A stretch of 63,811 nucleotides of DNA, the filler included, from Octopus bimaculoides (lineage: Eukaryota), in assembly GCF_001194135.2 (NCBI RefSeq). It is 6 parts of 6 records of this genome, joined end to end, with 100 filler letters (N's around TTAATTAATTAA, not from the genome) between each part and the next. Parts side by side here need not be neighbours in the genome. Positions count along the whole stretch, not along the records: positions 8,909 to 31,935 come from NC_068984.1; 5 more parts are not named here. One strand, written 5' to 3'. The position numbers and the translations under genes are program-made. Shown here in pieces: positions 13,032 through 26,709 of this stretch (positions are counted from its first letter, which is position 1; every line of letters begins with the position of its first letter). The notes under the pieces were generated by a model, which worked only from the letters and a program-made list of their open reading frames with translations, was not told the DNA's origin and ran no database searches.

Positions 13032-14523
13032 TTCAAAGCAATTAGGATTTGTCTAAAGCAAGTTTAGATATAATCCTTTAAATACATCAGACTAAGAAAA
13101 CAAATGTTGAAGCTACCATACAAATTGTTTCAAGTAAATTAAGGTAACTACAAAAAAATATAGTTGCTTATTTAAGTGGAAGCTGAAGCATAGTTATCTC
13201 CAACGAAACATAAACAGTTATTGTGAAAAGAGACTTATTATATCGCAATGCATTTTTCTCATTCCATCTTGTAATTTAATTCTGAGTAAGCATAAATGTG
13301 GAGACTGTGAGACTAGCGAAGGAAACAGTGGTTAGGGATCAGAAACGAAATCGAGGAGAAGCAGGAGCAGGGTATGTGTAGGTAGGAGTGAAATGTGAGG
13401 TAACTCTTTAGATTGACGGACAGGCATTATTATGGTGGGTAGATGGTTACAAAACACAAAAAAAAATGGAGCCCAATAGATGCATAGATAATACATCACA
13501 TACATAAATAAATACATACATACATACATGCATACATACATACATACATACATACATACATACATACTTACTTACACACGTACGTACAAAATCTGCAAGA
13601 ACTTAAGATTTAAAGGATGATGGCTAAAACAAGATGCTTTTTTTTCTTTAAAACCTTGCTACCAAGTAAGTCAAAATTTACTCTAAATTAAAGAAAGAGA
13701 ACATATACACACATACATACATGCATACACGCATGCATACATACGTACAAAATCTACATGGTCTTCTTAAAACTTAAAGGATGATGGTTAAAACCTGGCT
13801 ATCAAGTAGGTCAAAATTTACTCAAAGAGAATGAGAACATACATACATACATACATACATACATACATACATACGTAAAGAAAAAGAAAGAGAAAAAGAA
13901 AAAGTGAGAAAAAAGAGCGAAAAGGAGAAAAAGATAGAGAGAAACTGATGGAAAGTGATGTTGACTTTTCTGAAAAAATATGACATTATGACGTATTACA
14001 TTTCTTAATACATTGATTACAACGAAGAACGGTCAATAGCTCTCTGGAAAAGAACATATTTTCCTGTTGTGAATAAGGAGATGTGAGTCTTTCTCTTTCT
14101 CTTGCTTTCTCTTACTTTTCTCTTCCTCTTGCTCTCCCTCTTTTTCGTATGCACACACACTGACTACAGACACACACATACATGCACACACACATGCGTA
14201 CATACATACATACATACATACATACATACATACAGTAAAAACCATTCAAGTAAAAGTTAATGATATTCCTTTTCATACATTGTCTACAATTGTTTCATCA
14301 ACTCACATTTTAACCAATCTTGCCTCATGTTGTTACTATTCTTCGATGTTTTTCATTATATATACTCTTCAGAAATTTGTGGATTTTCAAATTGTTGGCG
14401 CTGTAGTTTTGTAAGGAAGCTTCCCCATTTCGATTTTCACTATCTTTAGAAGTGCTTCATGAGGTAAACGCTTGGATTACATAACCTGACTTGCTATGTA
14501 TGTATATGTGCGTGTGTGTGTTT

Positions 14524-14600
<77 letters not shown>

Positions 14601-14649
14601 CTAAGTGCCTTGATCTACTAGAGACGGGGTGGGGCAACTGCCGTGCTGA

Positions 14650-15340
14650 TGACCCGTGACGCAGAAAAAGGAGAGACCAAACTTCTGGACTTGTATGCTA
14701 GTAACATCAATACTTAAGAAGGTTTGTTATGCAAAACCCCGACAATTCTCGGCTGATTCCTCCCTGGGTAAAGTATTCAGCAGTATTCTCCTCTACAGAA
14801 TGAAAAGCAAAGCTGAAGAAGCGACAGGAGATAGTCAATTTGCTTTTTAGACCTAGAAGAAAGTACAATAGATGCTATTTTTATCTTCAAATTTTTAAGG
14901 AAAAAATATCAACTGCTCTTGCATTTCAACTTCATCAAGTTCAAAGTTGACTTTGATACCATCTATGGAAGTCTTTATTGAAGATAATGAAAATGAAAGG
15001 TGTACGCCCAAAGAGAATTGTAGAAGTGTTAAATAACAATACCGTGTGTCGTGATCGTTAAGGGTCAGCAGAAGGATTGGTTTGCAGTGAATGAAAGTCT
15101 AAGAGAAGGCGACATTCTGTTGTCTGCAGTTTTCAACATCTTCCTGGAATTTATGAAAAAACTTTGAATTTGGATGAAGTCTAGCACTTGTCGACGATGA
15201 CGACCAATTCATAGTTATTAGATATGCTAACGACGTAACTGTAAAAACTATGACAAATCGAATATATTCAGTTGAACAAAGCGTATCAAAAATAGGATTT
15301 GAAAGCAAATAGAGCAAAGTGCAAGTTCCTGTCATCTAGC
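14650..15340 (+). mobile_element. Decayed LINE RT fragment (RTE-like)
   Basis: SSLGKVFSSILLYRMKSKAEEATGDSQFAF, STIDAIFIF, RQGD-like segment, AVFNIFLEFM, VIRYANDVT (degenerate YADD). Confidence 0.8.
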
Positions 15341-16466
15341 AAGGGAATTAGAACATTGGATGTTTTTAAAGTAAAAACACATCACAGAGTTTGTGTTTCA
15401 TGGAAGTTTAGCACCCTAATATATATAAATGTTTAACTACTTACTAAACAGTCATCGTGACTATTTTGTTTTTGTAGCTGGCAATCTGGTGGCAAAATCA
15501 TTTGAATAAATCTGGAAGATATGTCCTTGTTTGGAAGACATGATACTACAAGAATTATTTGCACGCGCACACAAACACGCGTGTGTACGCATGTGTAAGC
15601 ATGCAGAGAGAAGAAGCAGGACCGAGAAAGTGAAAGAAGGAAATATATAACAAGATAAAGAGAGATAGATAAAGAGTGAGACAGACAGGTAGAGAGAGAG
15701 AGAGAGGGGGAGAGAAAGAGGGGTGGCGAGAAAGCGAGAGAGAAAGAGAGAAGGAAAGAGAGAAGGAAAGAGACTGATAGACAGTGAACTGATAAACAAA
15801 TGTACACCGCGAGAAGTGGAATATTTTCTCATCAATTTCAACTCTGGAATCAGTTGTTGTTGAAACTTATGATTAAAGACGTGCCAGCCATGACCACCCC
15901 CGTCTTTTTGTATATTCAGGGTTCCATTGTCCTGTGGAACCTACCTGTTTTAAGACAGTATGATATGATTTGAGGGAATTTGAATTTGAATTTCACTTCT
16001 ATTACTACGCAGATCGAGCAACTGTACAGGAGGTCCCTTTTCTGGTTTAGGAGGTAGGAGTGGAGAAGGAGAAGAGAAGAAACAGAAGAAGAAAGAAAAA
16101 AGAAAAAGAAACAAGGAAAAAATTTTTAAAAAACGAAAAGGAAGTAAAAGGAGGAAGAAGGAAAGAAGAAAAGGAAAAATAGAAGAAAAATGAAGAAAAA
16201 GAAATGTTTACAATTAGAAGGTTTCGTAACATTGGCTCTATAATGAATGTATATACTATGAGAAAACTTCCAGTCCACCAAGGCAGCTAAACTCTCTTTT
16301 AATCTGGTCGACTCGTGCAAACCATTACAGGAAAAGTAAACTTTCTTAGGAAATCAGCGCAAAAAGCCAAGATTTGATATTTTTCCAATGTCAGGATGAG
16401 GTGTGAAAAAAGAGAAAGCAACACCACCAACAACAACAACAACATATATACATATATATATATGTG

Positions 16467-16516
<50 letters not shown>

Positions 16517-16716
16517 NNNNNNNNNNNNNNNNNNNNNNNNNNNNNNNNNNNNNNNNNNNNNNNNNNNNNNNNNNNNNNNNNNNNNNNNNNNNNNNNNNNN
16601 NNNNNNNNNNNNNNNNNNNNNNNNNNNNNNNNNNNNNNNNNNNNNNNNNNNNNNNNNNNNNNNNNNNNNNNNNNNNNNNNNNNNNNNNNNNNNNNNNNNN
16701 NNNNNNNNNNNNNNNN

Positions 16717-16770
<54 letters not shown>

Positions 16771-16974
16771 GCGCGTGTAGGCGTGTGTGCTTAAATGTTC
16801 GCTCTACAATTCTATAAAAGTTAAATAACCCGAATTGAAAACTCTGAAGAATTACATACGTAGATTACGTTCTCAAATATATTTCTAAGGTTAATTTTGT
16901 TATGGTCCCTGCAACGAATATGTTAGCTGTAACTCAACAATAATTTTTCGCGTTTATTTTTTTAATGTTTATTG

Positions 16975-17157
16975 CTTTTAGTCGAACAAATCTACTCCAG
17001 TACTTATATTAAGCCTGGTACTTATTCTATTGGGCAGTCCTAAACCGAACTGGTAAGTTATTGGAACGAAAACAAACCAGCACCGGTTGTCAAGCGATGT
17101 GGGGACAAGCACAAATACAAAGTTCCATACATATATACATACATATATATATGTGTG

Positions 17158-17198
<41 letters not shown>

Positions 17199-17420
17199 TC
17201 TTTTATTCTTTCATTCGTTTCTGCCATTTGGCTGCTGTCATGCTGGAGCATCGCTGTGTGTGTATGTGCGCGTGTGCGTGACCAGCTTCCATGCAGTTTC
17301 CGCCTACCAAATACGAGCCATTGACTGGGATATTACGAGAAAGCATTTGCTCTATGTGCAGCGCGGTGCGACTGAACCTGAAATCACGTCGTTGCGAAGA
17401 GATCTTCTTCACCACACAGC
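16975..17420 (-). mobile_element. Degenerate SINE family B pieces
   Basis: Tail modules at ~16975-17120 and ~17200-17255. Degenerate head at ~17290-17420. Confidence 0.65.
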
Positions 17421-17555
17421 CTTGCTGAGATGATTAAAATATTTTTCTTTGAGTTAATAATATCTGCATTGCTGTGTGTTCCTCACCACATCAGTATTTC
17501 TAATTGATTTCTTTAGCATTACTAAATATAATTTATTTGGCAAAGCTACACAAGT

Positions 17556-17786
17556 ATTATTTCTTTACTACCCACAAGGGGCTACACACAGAGGGGACAA
17601 ACAAGGACAGACAAACGGATTAAGTCGATTATATCGACCCCGGTACGTAACTGGTACTTATTTAATCGACACCGAAAGGATGAAAGGCAAAGTCGACCTC
17701 GGCGGAATTTGAACTCAGAACGTAGCGGCAGACGAAATACCGCTAAGCATTTCGCCCGGCATGCTAACGTTTCTGCCAGCTTGCCT
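17556..17786 (-). mobile_element. SINE family A, near full length
   Basis: Closely matches 55329-55551. Other family A copies at ~20810-21018 (-), ~21410-21635 (-), ~24085-24240 (+), ~26195-26295 (+), ~29085-29303 (-), ~30850-31045 (+) and ~38460-38615 (+). Confidence 0.9.
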
Positions 17787-17788
17787 TC

Positions 17789-18131
17789 GAATTTGTTTCC
17801 TCATAACTTTCAGAAAAATGGTCATCTACATGTTTATCTACAAATACCTTTGAGATAGTGTAGAATACGATTATATCGGAAGTTAATGTCAAAACAAAAT
17901 GAAGGTCGCGAGCACATATATACTGATATACATCATATATTATCTACAAAATGAAACTAGAAATTTTGAAAAGAATTATGTGATGTGTATCACTATGTAT
18001 GTATGCATGCCCACTAATGATTTTTCCTCACAAAAATTCTGATATAATTGTAATCTGAACCATCTGAAAGATATTTATAGGAAATTCATTAAATTATACC
18101 AATCTTCTGAAAATTACGAGGAAACAAAATC
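17789..18131. mobile_element. MITE-like segment with ~30-bp inverted ends
   Basis: TTTGTTTCCTCATAACTTTCAGAAAAATGGT vs reverse complement of the right end TTTGTTTCCTCGTAATTTTCAGAAGATTGGT. Confidence 0.55.
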
Positions 18132-18987
18132 ATTTCGTGCGAATTATTGGAAACTCTTCACACACCTCCGAAAAAGTGTTTTAGAGCATATATTTGTTAT
18201 GAGGAAACAATATCCGATTGGGAGGGGGTACACTTGTGTTATGCCGAATCGTTGACGCTCAGCAAATATGTTAACACTGAACTAAGTTCTCAAACGTTAC
18301 CACTCTTCAGTCGTTGTCGTTCTGGCTGTCAGTTAAAGATTGAGGAACTACATAGAAGCTCGCTCATTAGCTAAAATTGCTAATCATTTTAAAAACATTG
18401 ATTAATAAAACAGTTATAACCAATTCTCTCAGCAAGTCCTGATGAAGTAGATCTATGATCAAAATTATCCCAACCTTGACCATTACGTCTTTTTCTGACA
18501 GTGTGCATTATCTAATGTGTCCCCCCGCTTTTTTTTCTGAAGGTGACAGAATTTGATTTGAGGAAGATGCGATTACAATTTCCAGCAACACGAGCTACCA
18601 CTCAGAGGTTTTCTTTTCGGTTTGTTGCTTGTACTGCTTTGACAAACAAATGTTGTTACTTAATATTTCAAAAGAAGACTTTGCCAAACGATTAAAAACA
18701 GGTTGTCGCTTCATTTCATTGTAGTGAGTGCAGACACATGTGACGCCTGTCGGCAGACCAAGACGTAGACACCCGACAAGCCAAAACCACAATCTCTCAT
18801 AATTAGTTTAGTAGTGGATTTGCTGGTTGGTTAGTTGGCTGGTTGGTTAGTTGGCTGGTTGGTTGGTTGGTTGGTTGGTTGGTTGCGTAGTGGGTTATTG
18901 TCTACTCACTCTCTTCACGACCTGCAAAAGTGTATAAATATACTTTATAAGTTTATTTATCCCCAATAATTCGAGGATAAATCACTC

Positions 18988-19113
<126 letters not shown>

Positions 19114-19709
19114 GTTTACTGGAATATAACAGCAGCAAATCTAAAGCTCGTGTTTTCAGTTACTCATCATAACAAATAGGTTTCGCCTCAGCTCCATGGT
19201 CCTCTATTTTAGAGGAAGAAAAGAATGGAATGTAGTGATGATGTCTATGTTTCTCGCAAGAGTGTTAACGGTGTCAGGGAAGTGAAATAGTTTCAACTGA
19301 GGGACAAAACATTAGCACGATTTGACTTGCTCAAACTTCCCTTCGTATTTTAGAACGTTTTACGAAATGGTTTATTGTCTAATGAGAAAATTAGATGTTG
19401 TGACATCATACTTTTCTTAAAGAACTTCAAATGATATAAATCAAGTCATATAATTTCAAATGAGGTATCAAGAAATGTTCTGCCAACTCACCAGTCTCAC
19501 ATTTCACTAAAAGAAATGCTAGACAATTGCAAAGAAACAGTTTACTCTAATGTGGTACATTGCTGGTATTGACGACGAAAGCAGAACTGAAACAGAACTA
19601 TACGCCACGAATTATTTTATGCGGCACTTCTCCATTTTCAGCATTATTTATTATTTCTGCACACGCACGCACGCTCTCTCTCTCTCTCTCTTTCTCTCTC
19701 TCCCCCTCT

Positions 19710-19772
<63 letters not shown>

Positions 19773-19927
19773 CCTAACAAACAAACAAAGACAAGTAACT
19801 GAAACAGTAGTTGTTATTCATAGAAGCATGAGAGATAAATAACTGTGATACATAAGAAATATACTGAAGTTAGTAATATATTGAAATTAGCTATTCGCGA
19901 CAGAAGCAGCCTTTATAACGAATATTA

Positions 19928-20446
19928 GCACATGCAACCTAACCCGGATGTGCTGTTTATAACGCTGTAGACTGCGGTAAATGTCCCAAGACATCGTCTC
20001 ACGTACTAAAAAGCACAAATTTTATCGGTCGACGAAATTTTGTCAGCACCAGTGGATGGCGCTGTTGTTTCATGAGATTTCACCGTAATTTGTGATTCAT
20101 CAGCAATAGGTAGCCAGACACCGAATACCAGATCGAAAATCAGTCAAACAGATATAGTTTAACACTGTCTAAACAGTTAGTGATGTCACGAAAAGCTGAA
20201 GTGTGATGTATCAATTAGCTATTAGCAACAGTTGCTGCCTTTGTATTGACTGCCTTTTACCCAAGATCCGCAATTTAGAGTGCAATCACAAGATTTAACA
20301 GTGCCATCCATGATGCTGACGAAATATCGTCAAACGATATTAACTATGCTTTTCGAGCGTTTGTAGTCTACGCGAGATAATTTCTCGAGGCGTTTACCGC
20401 AGTCTACGGCGTTATAAACAGCACACACAAATTAGGTTGGATATGC
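19928..20446. mobile_element. PIF/Harbinger (Tourist)-like MITE
   Basis: ~80-bp imperfect TIRs (core GTGCTGTTTATAACGCYGTAGACTGCGGTAAA). TTA flanks both ends (19925-27, 20447-49), matching the TWA target duplication of this superfamily. Confidence 0.65.
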
Positions 20447-22149
20447 TTATTAATTGTGTTAATATATTTACTGTAAAGAACTTTAAGAAGTTAATTAGAA
20501 ATCTATACTCGTTTAAGCAACACAGTATTAGTCAACCACAAACGGTAATTATTTTAAATTATTTTGACAAGTTCAAAAGAAAAAAAAAACTTTCACCGGT
20601 GAATTCCATGTTTCACTGACGAAGCCATAATGATATCGAAACATGATTGGAGGTGTCATCCTTACTTAATGAAATTTATTAAGATTATATTAATCAACAT
20701 TAATATTGTTTCGTTTTTCTTTCACCGTATTATTATTTTTTTTCGGTCTTTTTTAATGTTCTCTATATTTTTGCTAGCATTAATTCAACTATGATAAATA
20801 AGTAGTTTAAAATTCTGCCACCAGACCAGCAACTTTTAGTGAGAAGGGGTTTAGACGATTACATCGACTCCAGTAAATGACTATTACCTTATCGACCGCG
20901 AAAGGTTGAAAGGCAAAGTTGATCAAAGTGGAATTTGAAACCAAAACGTAAAGAGCCGGAAGAAATTCTATAAGAAATTTGTCCGATACGTTAACGATTC
21001 TGGCAGCTCACCACCTTAATGATGATAAATAATGCCAAATGTTAAATGTATTGTATTATAAGCAAGGTGGTCACGTTGATAAGATAGCGGATAACAAACT
21101 GACAGGTTCACAATTCGGGTTAGATATTAGTATCTATGGCCATGACACTCAACTCGTACTACTAGTTCTTAAAGACACCTGGAGCAATTCGGTTGTAAAT
21201 TAATTGATTTCAAAAATAGACAAAAGACCAGGTCAGGACGGAAGTAACTCCAATACTTGACTGATACTTATTTTATCGACCTCTAAAAGAAAGAACGAAG
21301 GTAAGATTAACTTCGATGGGATCTGAACTGAAGAACTTAAAGTGACACAAATAAATGTCCCAAGGCATCCTTCTCGGTGCTCTTCCGATTCTGCTTATAA
21401 TAAATGATTTAAAAATTGTGACACAAGATCACCAGTTTAAGGGAGGGGCGAAGTTGATTACATCGACCCCAATGTTCAACTGGTACTTATTTTATCCCCA
21501 CCCTCACCCCAACGAAAGACAAAAGAAAAAAAAACGAGAAACAAAGAATTTGAACTCAAACCTAAAGAGCCGATAGAAATACTGTATAGTATATTGTCCG
21601 ACTTGCTAACGATTCTATCACCTCGTCACCTTAATTACCTCAATCACAAATAAGTTACAAGTTATTGCCGATTTTAACGCTTCGAAGTCGCTGGCACTTG
21701 TTTGACAGTGAAAAACACTGAACATTTCGACGAAGGTAAAGATCTAATCTTGTCAAAAAAAAAGAGTTTATAACTCGGTTTTCCATTTCCTGCTGCACTC
21801 AATAAGTCTCATTAATTTTTATGAAATGCATGTTTGACAAAACAGCAAAATTTTAAATCTTTTATAATTTATAATTTAGCTGAATCACTACTAATATCGA
21901 TTGAATAACAATTTCATTCAAAATGGTGCATTTTCTTCTTGTTGTTTGATTTTTTCACTTTAGAGGTATGACTCATGAAAATACTTTACAAGGTTGAAGC
22001 AGAAGCGAAGGTAGAAACTTGATACAGAGTATGTTTGCAAAAATTATTTCCCCAATTGTAATTAAAGTATACATTGTTTCTTTATCACCCAGTGTCTCGC
22101 TGGAAAGTCTGGTTACAATTATTCTGTATTTATGACCGGAAGAACGTCT

Positions 22150-22195
<46 letters not shown>

Positions 22196-22531
22196 NNNNN
22201 NNNNNNNNNNNNNNNNNNNNNNNNNNNNNNNNNNNNNNNNNNNNNNNNNNNNNNNNNNNNNNNNNNNNNNNNNNNNNNNNNNNNNNNNNNNNNNNNNNNN
22301 NNNNNNNNNNNNNNNNNNNNNNNNNNNNNNNNNNNNNNNNNNNNNNNNNNNNNNNNNNNNNNNNNNCATTCAAACCTATCTACTTATCTTTTCTGCGTTT
22401 AACTACCCATCCGTCTATCTATCTAGCAATCCAATCATCTTTCTCTCTCCCTCTCCTTCTGTCTCTCTCTCTTTCTTCCTCCAATTCTCCCTCACTCTTT
22501 CCGCGTTCTCCCACTCTTTCTCTTTCTCTCT

Positions 22532-22584
<53 letters not shown>

Positions 22585-22973
22585 CTCGTCACTTACTGTT
22601 TAAAATCGTTTGTGGAAGCTATTAAGTGGCCCTGTATTATTTACTGCATCACTTTCTAATAAAATAGTTGAAGTTTCTTACTGTCATACACTCTTCGAAA
22701 GCCTTCCACTCATTTCTACCTCACTTTCTTTTCAAATATAGAACTAGTAACTTCTATCATCTTTTACCATGGATATTCCTTAATACTTCAACAATGGAAA
22801 CTGCTAAATGACATTATCTCTCGCTAAGGATTTCCTTAATTCTTTGATCATGGAATTACTAACCACTATTATGTTTTACTTTGGATGCTCCCTAGCTCCT
22901 CGACGAACTGGTAACTACTAATATCCTTGGTTAAGAAAGGGATACTCCTTGATTAACGATATTCCTTGTTTCT

Positions 22974-23066
22974 GTTTCCCCGATGACGAAATAGCCTGCG
23001 TGGAAATCTTTACTCAATAACATAGGATCCACACACTTAGCTATTCTAGAAACAGCTGTAAGAGAC
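22974..23066 (+). ncRNA. Degenerate type I hammerhead-ribozyme-like motif (PLE type)
   Basis: gtttcc-CCGATGA-[AATAGC...GCTATT stem II with long loop]-GAAA-CAGCTG-TA-agagac. Confidence 0.45.
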
Positions 23067-23684
23067 TTTACCTACTTACTATAACTACGCCGCACTATGT
23101 TTCAGTTATAAAACTACATACTCTAAAGTGATGCCATATGCTTTGCTTGTTCATTTCCTGTTTCTAAGATACGCACACACACACATACATACACAGACAT
23201 ACACACATATACACGCACACACACACACATCATACATACATACAGACTTGATCGGTTATGATTCTTAGTCAAGACAAAGATTATACAACTATACTAAAAC
23301 AGTGAGATCGTATAATGTAGTAAAGTGACGATCGCACTAACAAACAATAAGCATGACGCTGAATTGCTTGTAAGTTACTGATACCTCACACTCTTCAGAT
23401 GTGCATGCTATGGATTTAAGTTTAATACTGTTATTCTTTGTATGATTGTCATTTAACAACATCAGATACTCGAGCGCGAGCGCGCGCACACACACACACA
23501 CACGCTTACACAAACACACACAAAAAAACCACACAAACACACATAACTGCTCATGAATACGTAAGTTAATGTGAATTGAAATATATAAACACTTAGACAA
23601 TTACATAATCATATGTACACAAATATACACGCGCATACACAAATGCATGCAGATGCACGCACACACTCACATACAAGCCCGCGA

Positions 23685-23732
<48 letters not shown>

Positions 23733-23742
23733 NNNNNNNNNN

Positions 23743-23787
<45 letters not shown>

Positions 23788-24282
23788 AAGAGGCGCGTGT
23801 GAGCAAAGGCACACATGTTTCCGGTAAATATGTCTTTTGAACGTTTTCAGTTTCCCCGTTATTCACTTCATGTCCCTATATGATTGGCCACCATTGCTAG
23901 AAAGTTTTTAATAAACTAGATACTTAATGTCACTGTTACATGTCACACTCACTTTCTCTTTTTTCCCCCTCTCTTGCTCGCTCTGCTTCTTTTTGACTCC
24001 CTTTTTACCTTTTTTTAAAAATAAATTTCGCCTCCCTCTTTTTATATTCCATATTGTCTCACTTTTTCTCTCTTCTTAATATTCTTTGCGAGCTGGTAGG
24101 AGTTCAAATTCTGCCGAGGTTAACTTTGCCTTTCATCTTTTCGGGGTCGATAAAATAAGTACCAATTGAGTACTGGCATCAATGTAATCGACTTACTCCT
24201 TCCATGAAATTACTGGCCTTGAGCCAAAAGTTGAAACCTATATTCATTGCTTAATTACGGAAATATTAATTTTAATATTAAT

Positions 24283-24450
24283 AGGCGCAGGAGTGGCTGT
24301 GTGGTAAGAAGCTTGCTTACCAACCACATAGTTCCGGGTTCATTCCCACTGCGTGGCATCTTGGGCAAGTATCTTCTACTATAGCCTCGGGCCGACCATA
24401 GCCTTGTGAGTGGATTTGGTAGACGGAAACTGAAAGAAGCCCGTCGTATA
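24283..24450 (+). mobile_element. SINE family B head (tRNA-like plus CORE-like TTGGGCAAGT segment)
   Basis: GGCGCAGGAGTGGCTGTGTGGTAAG...GGTTCATTCCC...TTGGGCAAGT...GAAAGAAGCCCGTCG(TA)n. Similar heads at ~33530-33685 (+), ~3990-4115 (-) and ~62980-63115 (-, degenerate). Confidence 0.9.
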
Positions 24451-26295
24451 TATATATATATATATATATATATAAGCAATGTTAATTCTCTAAATGAAGT
24501 ATTAACAGTAACTGCACGATAAAGTGTAGTATATTGCCACTTAAGTGTGGCTGACCCCTAGGGGTGGATGTTACTGTTGCTTTTAGCCCCAGGAGGACAT
24601 CTCCTCCAGCTGGCTTATCGACACACGACTGTGTCNNNNNNNNNNNNNNNNNNNNNNNNNNNNNNNNNNNNNNNNNNNNNNNNNNNNNNNNNNNNNNNNN
24701 NNNNNNNNNNNNNNNNNNNNNNNNNNNNNNNNNNNNNNNNNNNNNNNNNNNNNNNNNNNNNNNNNNNNNNNNNNNNNNNNNNNNNNNNNNNNNNNNNNNN
24801 NNNNNNNNNNNNNNNNNNNNNNNNNNNNNNNNNNNNNNNNNNNNNNNNNNNNNNNNNNNNNNNNNNNNNNNNNNNNNNNNNNNNNNNNNNNNNNNNNNNN
24901 NNNNNNNNNNNNNNNNNNNNNNNNNNNNNNNNNNNNNNNNNNNNNNNNNNNNNNNNNNNNNNNNNNNNNNNNNNNNNNNNNNNNNNNNNNNNNNNNNNNN
25001 NNNNNNNNNGGCTAAAGAGGACGATAGAATAAGTACTAGGTTTCCAAAGAATAAGTCCTGGGGTCGATTTGCTCGACTAAAGGCGGTGCTCCAGCATGGC
25101 CGCTGTCAAATGACTGAAACAAGTAAGTAAAAAAAAAAAAAGGAAGTAAAATATACAAAACTTCACATTTAGGAGGAGGATCAGTACATTCGATCAAATC
25201 GACCGGAGTTTTTAACAGACACTCATTCTATCAAGCCCAGAACGTTGAAAACCACAGTTGACTGTAAAGGAATTCGAAATCAGAACATTATTTATTTATT
25301 TGTTTGTTTGTTATTTAATCACTTTTTCCTAAATGGAAAATATGATCTTCAACTATTTGATATATTCAGATTGCTTTTTAGTAACCTCCTGTGCCTTACC
25401 CTATATCGAATCCATTTTTCTCAGCCCACTTTCAGCTGTTCTATGCCAGATATCTCTAGTCATCCAAGTGCTTCCAGGTGTTTATCTTGAAGCAACTTTT
25501 TGTATCTTGTTCCGGTCCATTCTGTGAGCTATGAAATCAGAAATTTCACTAAACAGCAAAATTTTTTGTCATTGAACAGGTTGCAGTTTCGAGCAACGAA
25601 AATTTTGACACTGTATAACAAATAAATGTTTAAATGAAGTTGCCAGCCTTTGTGTGTTTCTGAATGGCTAACTTATGTTTTCTATGCTGCATTCGCTTTA
25701 GTTTTAGAACAAAATCTCAGATCAAAACACTTGCTATACAAATACATCTCCATGAATAAATACTGCAAGGCATACATAGTCTGCTATTCCACGGATTCTA
25801 CAGATCCACCGCCTGTTTCCCACTTGCAGATATCAATGATTATTTTCGAATCAAGTACATATGTAAGAAACCAACCAAAGAAACCTTCACGCCTATGTTT
25901 ACCATCTTCTAGGCCTCATTATAATTCTGAATGTTCTGTGAAGATCTTTTGCTTTTGAAATATTTGATAAAATGTAAAACGTTCATGAACATGTTATGCA
26001 ATATGATTGGTATTTTAATTTATTTGCCCAGAAAGGATGAAGCACTAAATTGATCTTTATGGGATTTGAACTCTGAACCTAAAGTTGCGATTAAATACCC
26101 GCAAACGCAAGTCTGATGCTCTAACGATTCTCCGAATCGACCAAAAGAGTTGAGGTGGGGTATTGATTTGTCAGACAGAATTGAGATGGCAGATCTTTAA
26201 ATTCCGCCGAGGTCGACTTTGCCTTTCATCCTTTCGGGGTAGATAAATGAAGTACCAGTCACGTCCTGGGGTCGATCTAATCGACTACCCTCCCC

Positions 26296-26499
26296 CCGGC
26301 CCAAATATTCTATCTGTTGTATGTTCAAACTGACCGGATCCAAGTTTTCACAGCTACCCTAGAATATTATTCTAGAAATAAACAATCACATTATTGAACT
26401 CAAAGCCATGATATAATGCATGATTAATTCAAAATGATGTAAACAAATAACCAATACATTTGATGGTTTGATGGAGTAATCTGAATGCTAAAGGGTTAA
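26296..26499. mobile_element. piggyBac-like MITE, one end
   Basis: Ends ...TGAATGCTAAAGGG|TTAA (CCC-type TIR plus TTAA target). A related end is seen at ~3020-3240. Confidence 0.5.
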
Positions 26500-26527
26500 C
26501 AGTCATTTCCGCTTACATTTACAATAC

Positions 26528-26535
26528 CTTACCCT

Positions 26536-26603
<68 letters not shown>

Positions 26604-26606
26604 CTC

Positions 26607-26640
<34 letters not shown>

Positions 26641-26672
26641 GTAGATAGATAGATAGATAAATAGATAGATAA

Positions 26673-26709
<37 letters not shown>
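26528..26709. repeat. Compound (CT)n(AGAT)n microsatellite
   Basis: Directly visible. Confidence 0.95.

Noticed and set aside
18147-18374. 75-aa ORF containing DWEGVHLCY, a possible lectin-like exon
   Set aside because: The motif is too short, no splice boundaries are evident, and it starts beside a MITE end.
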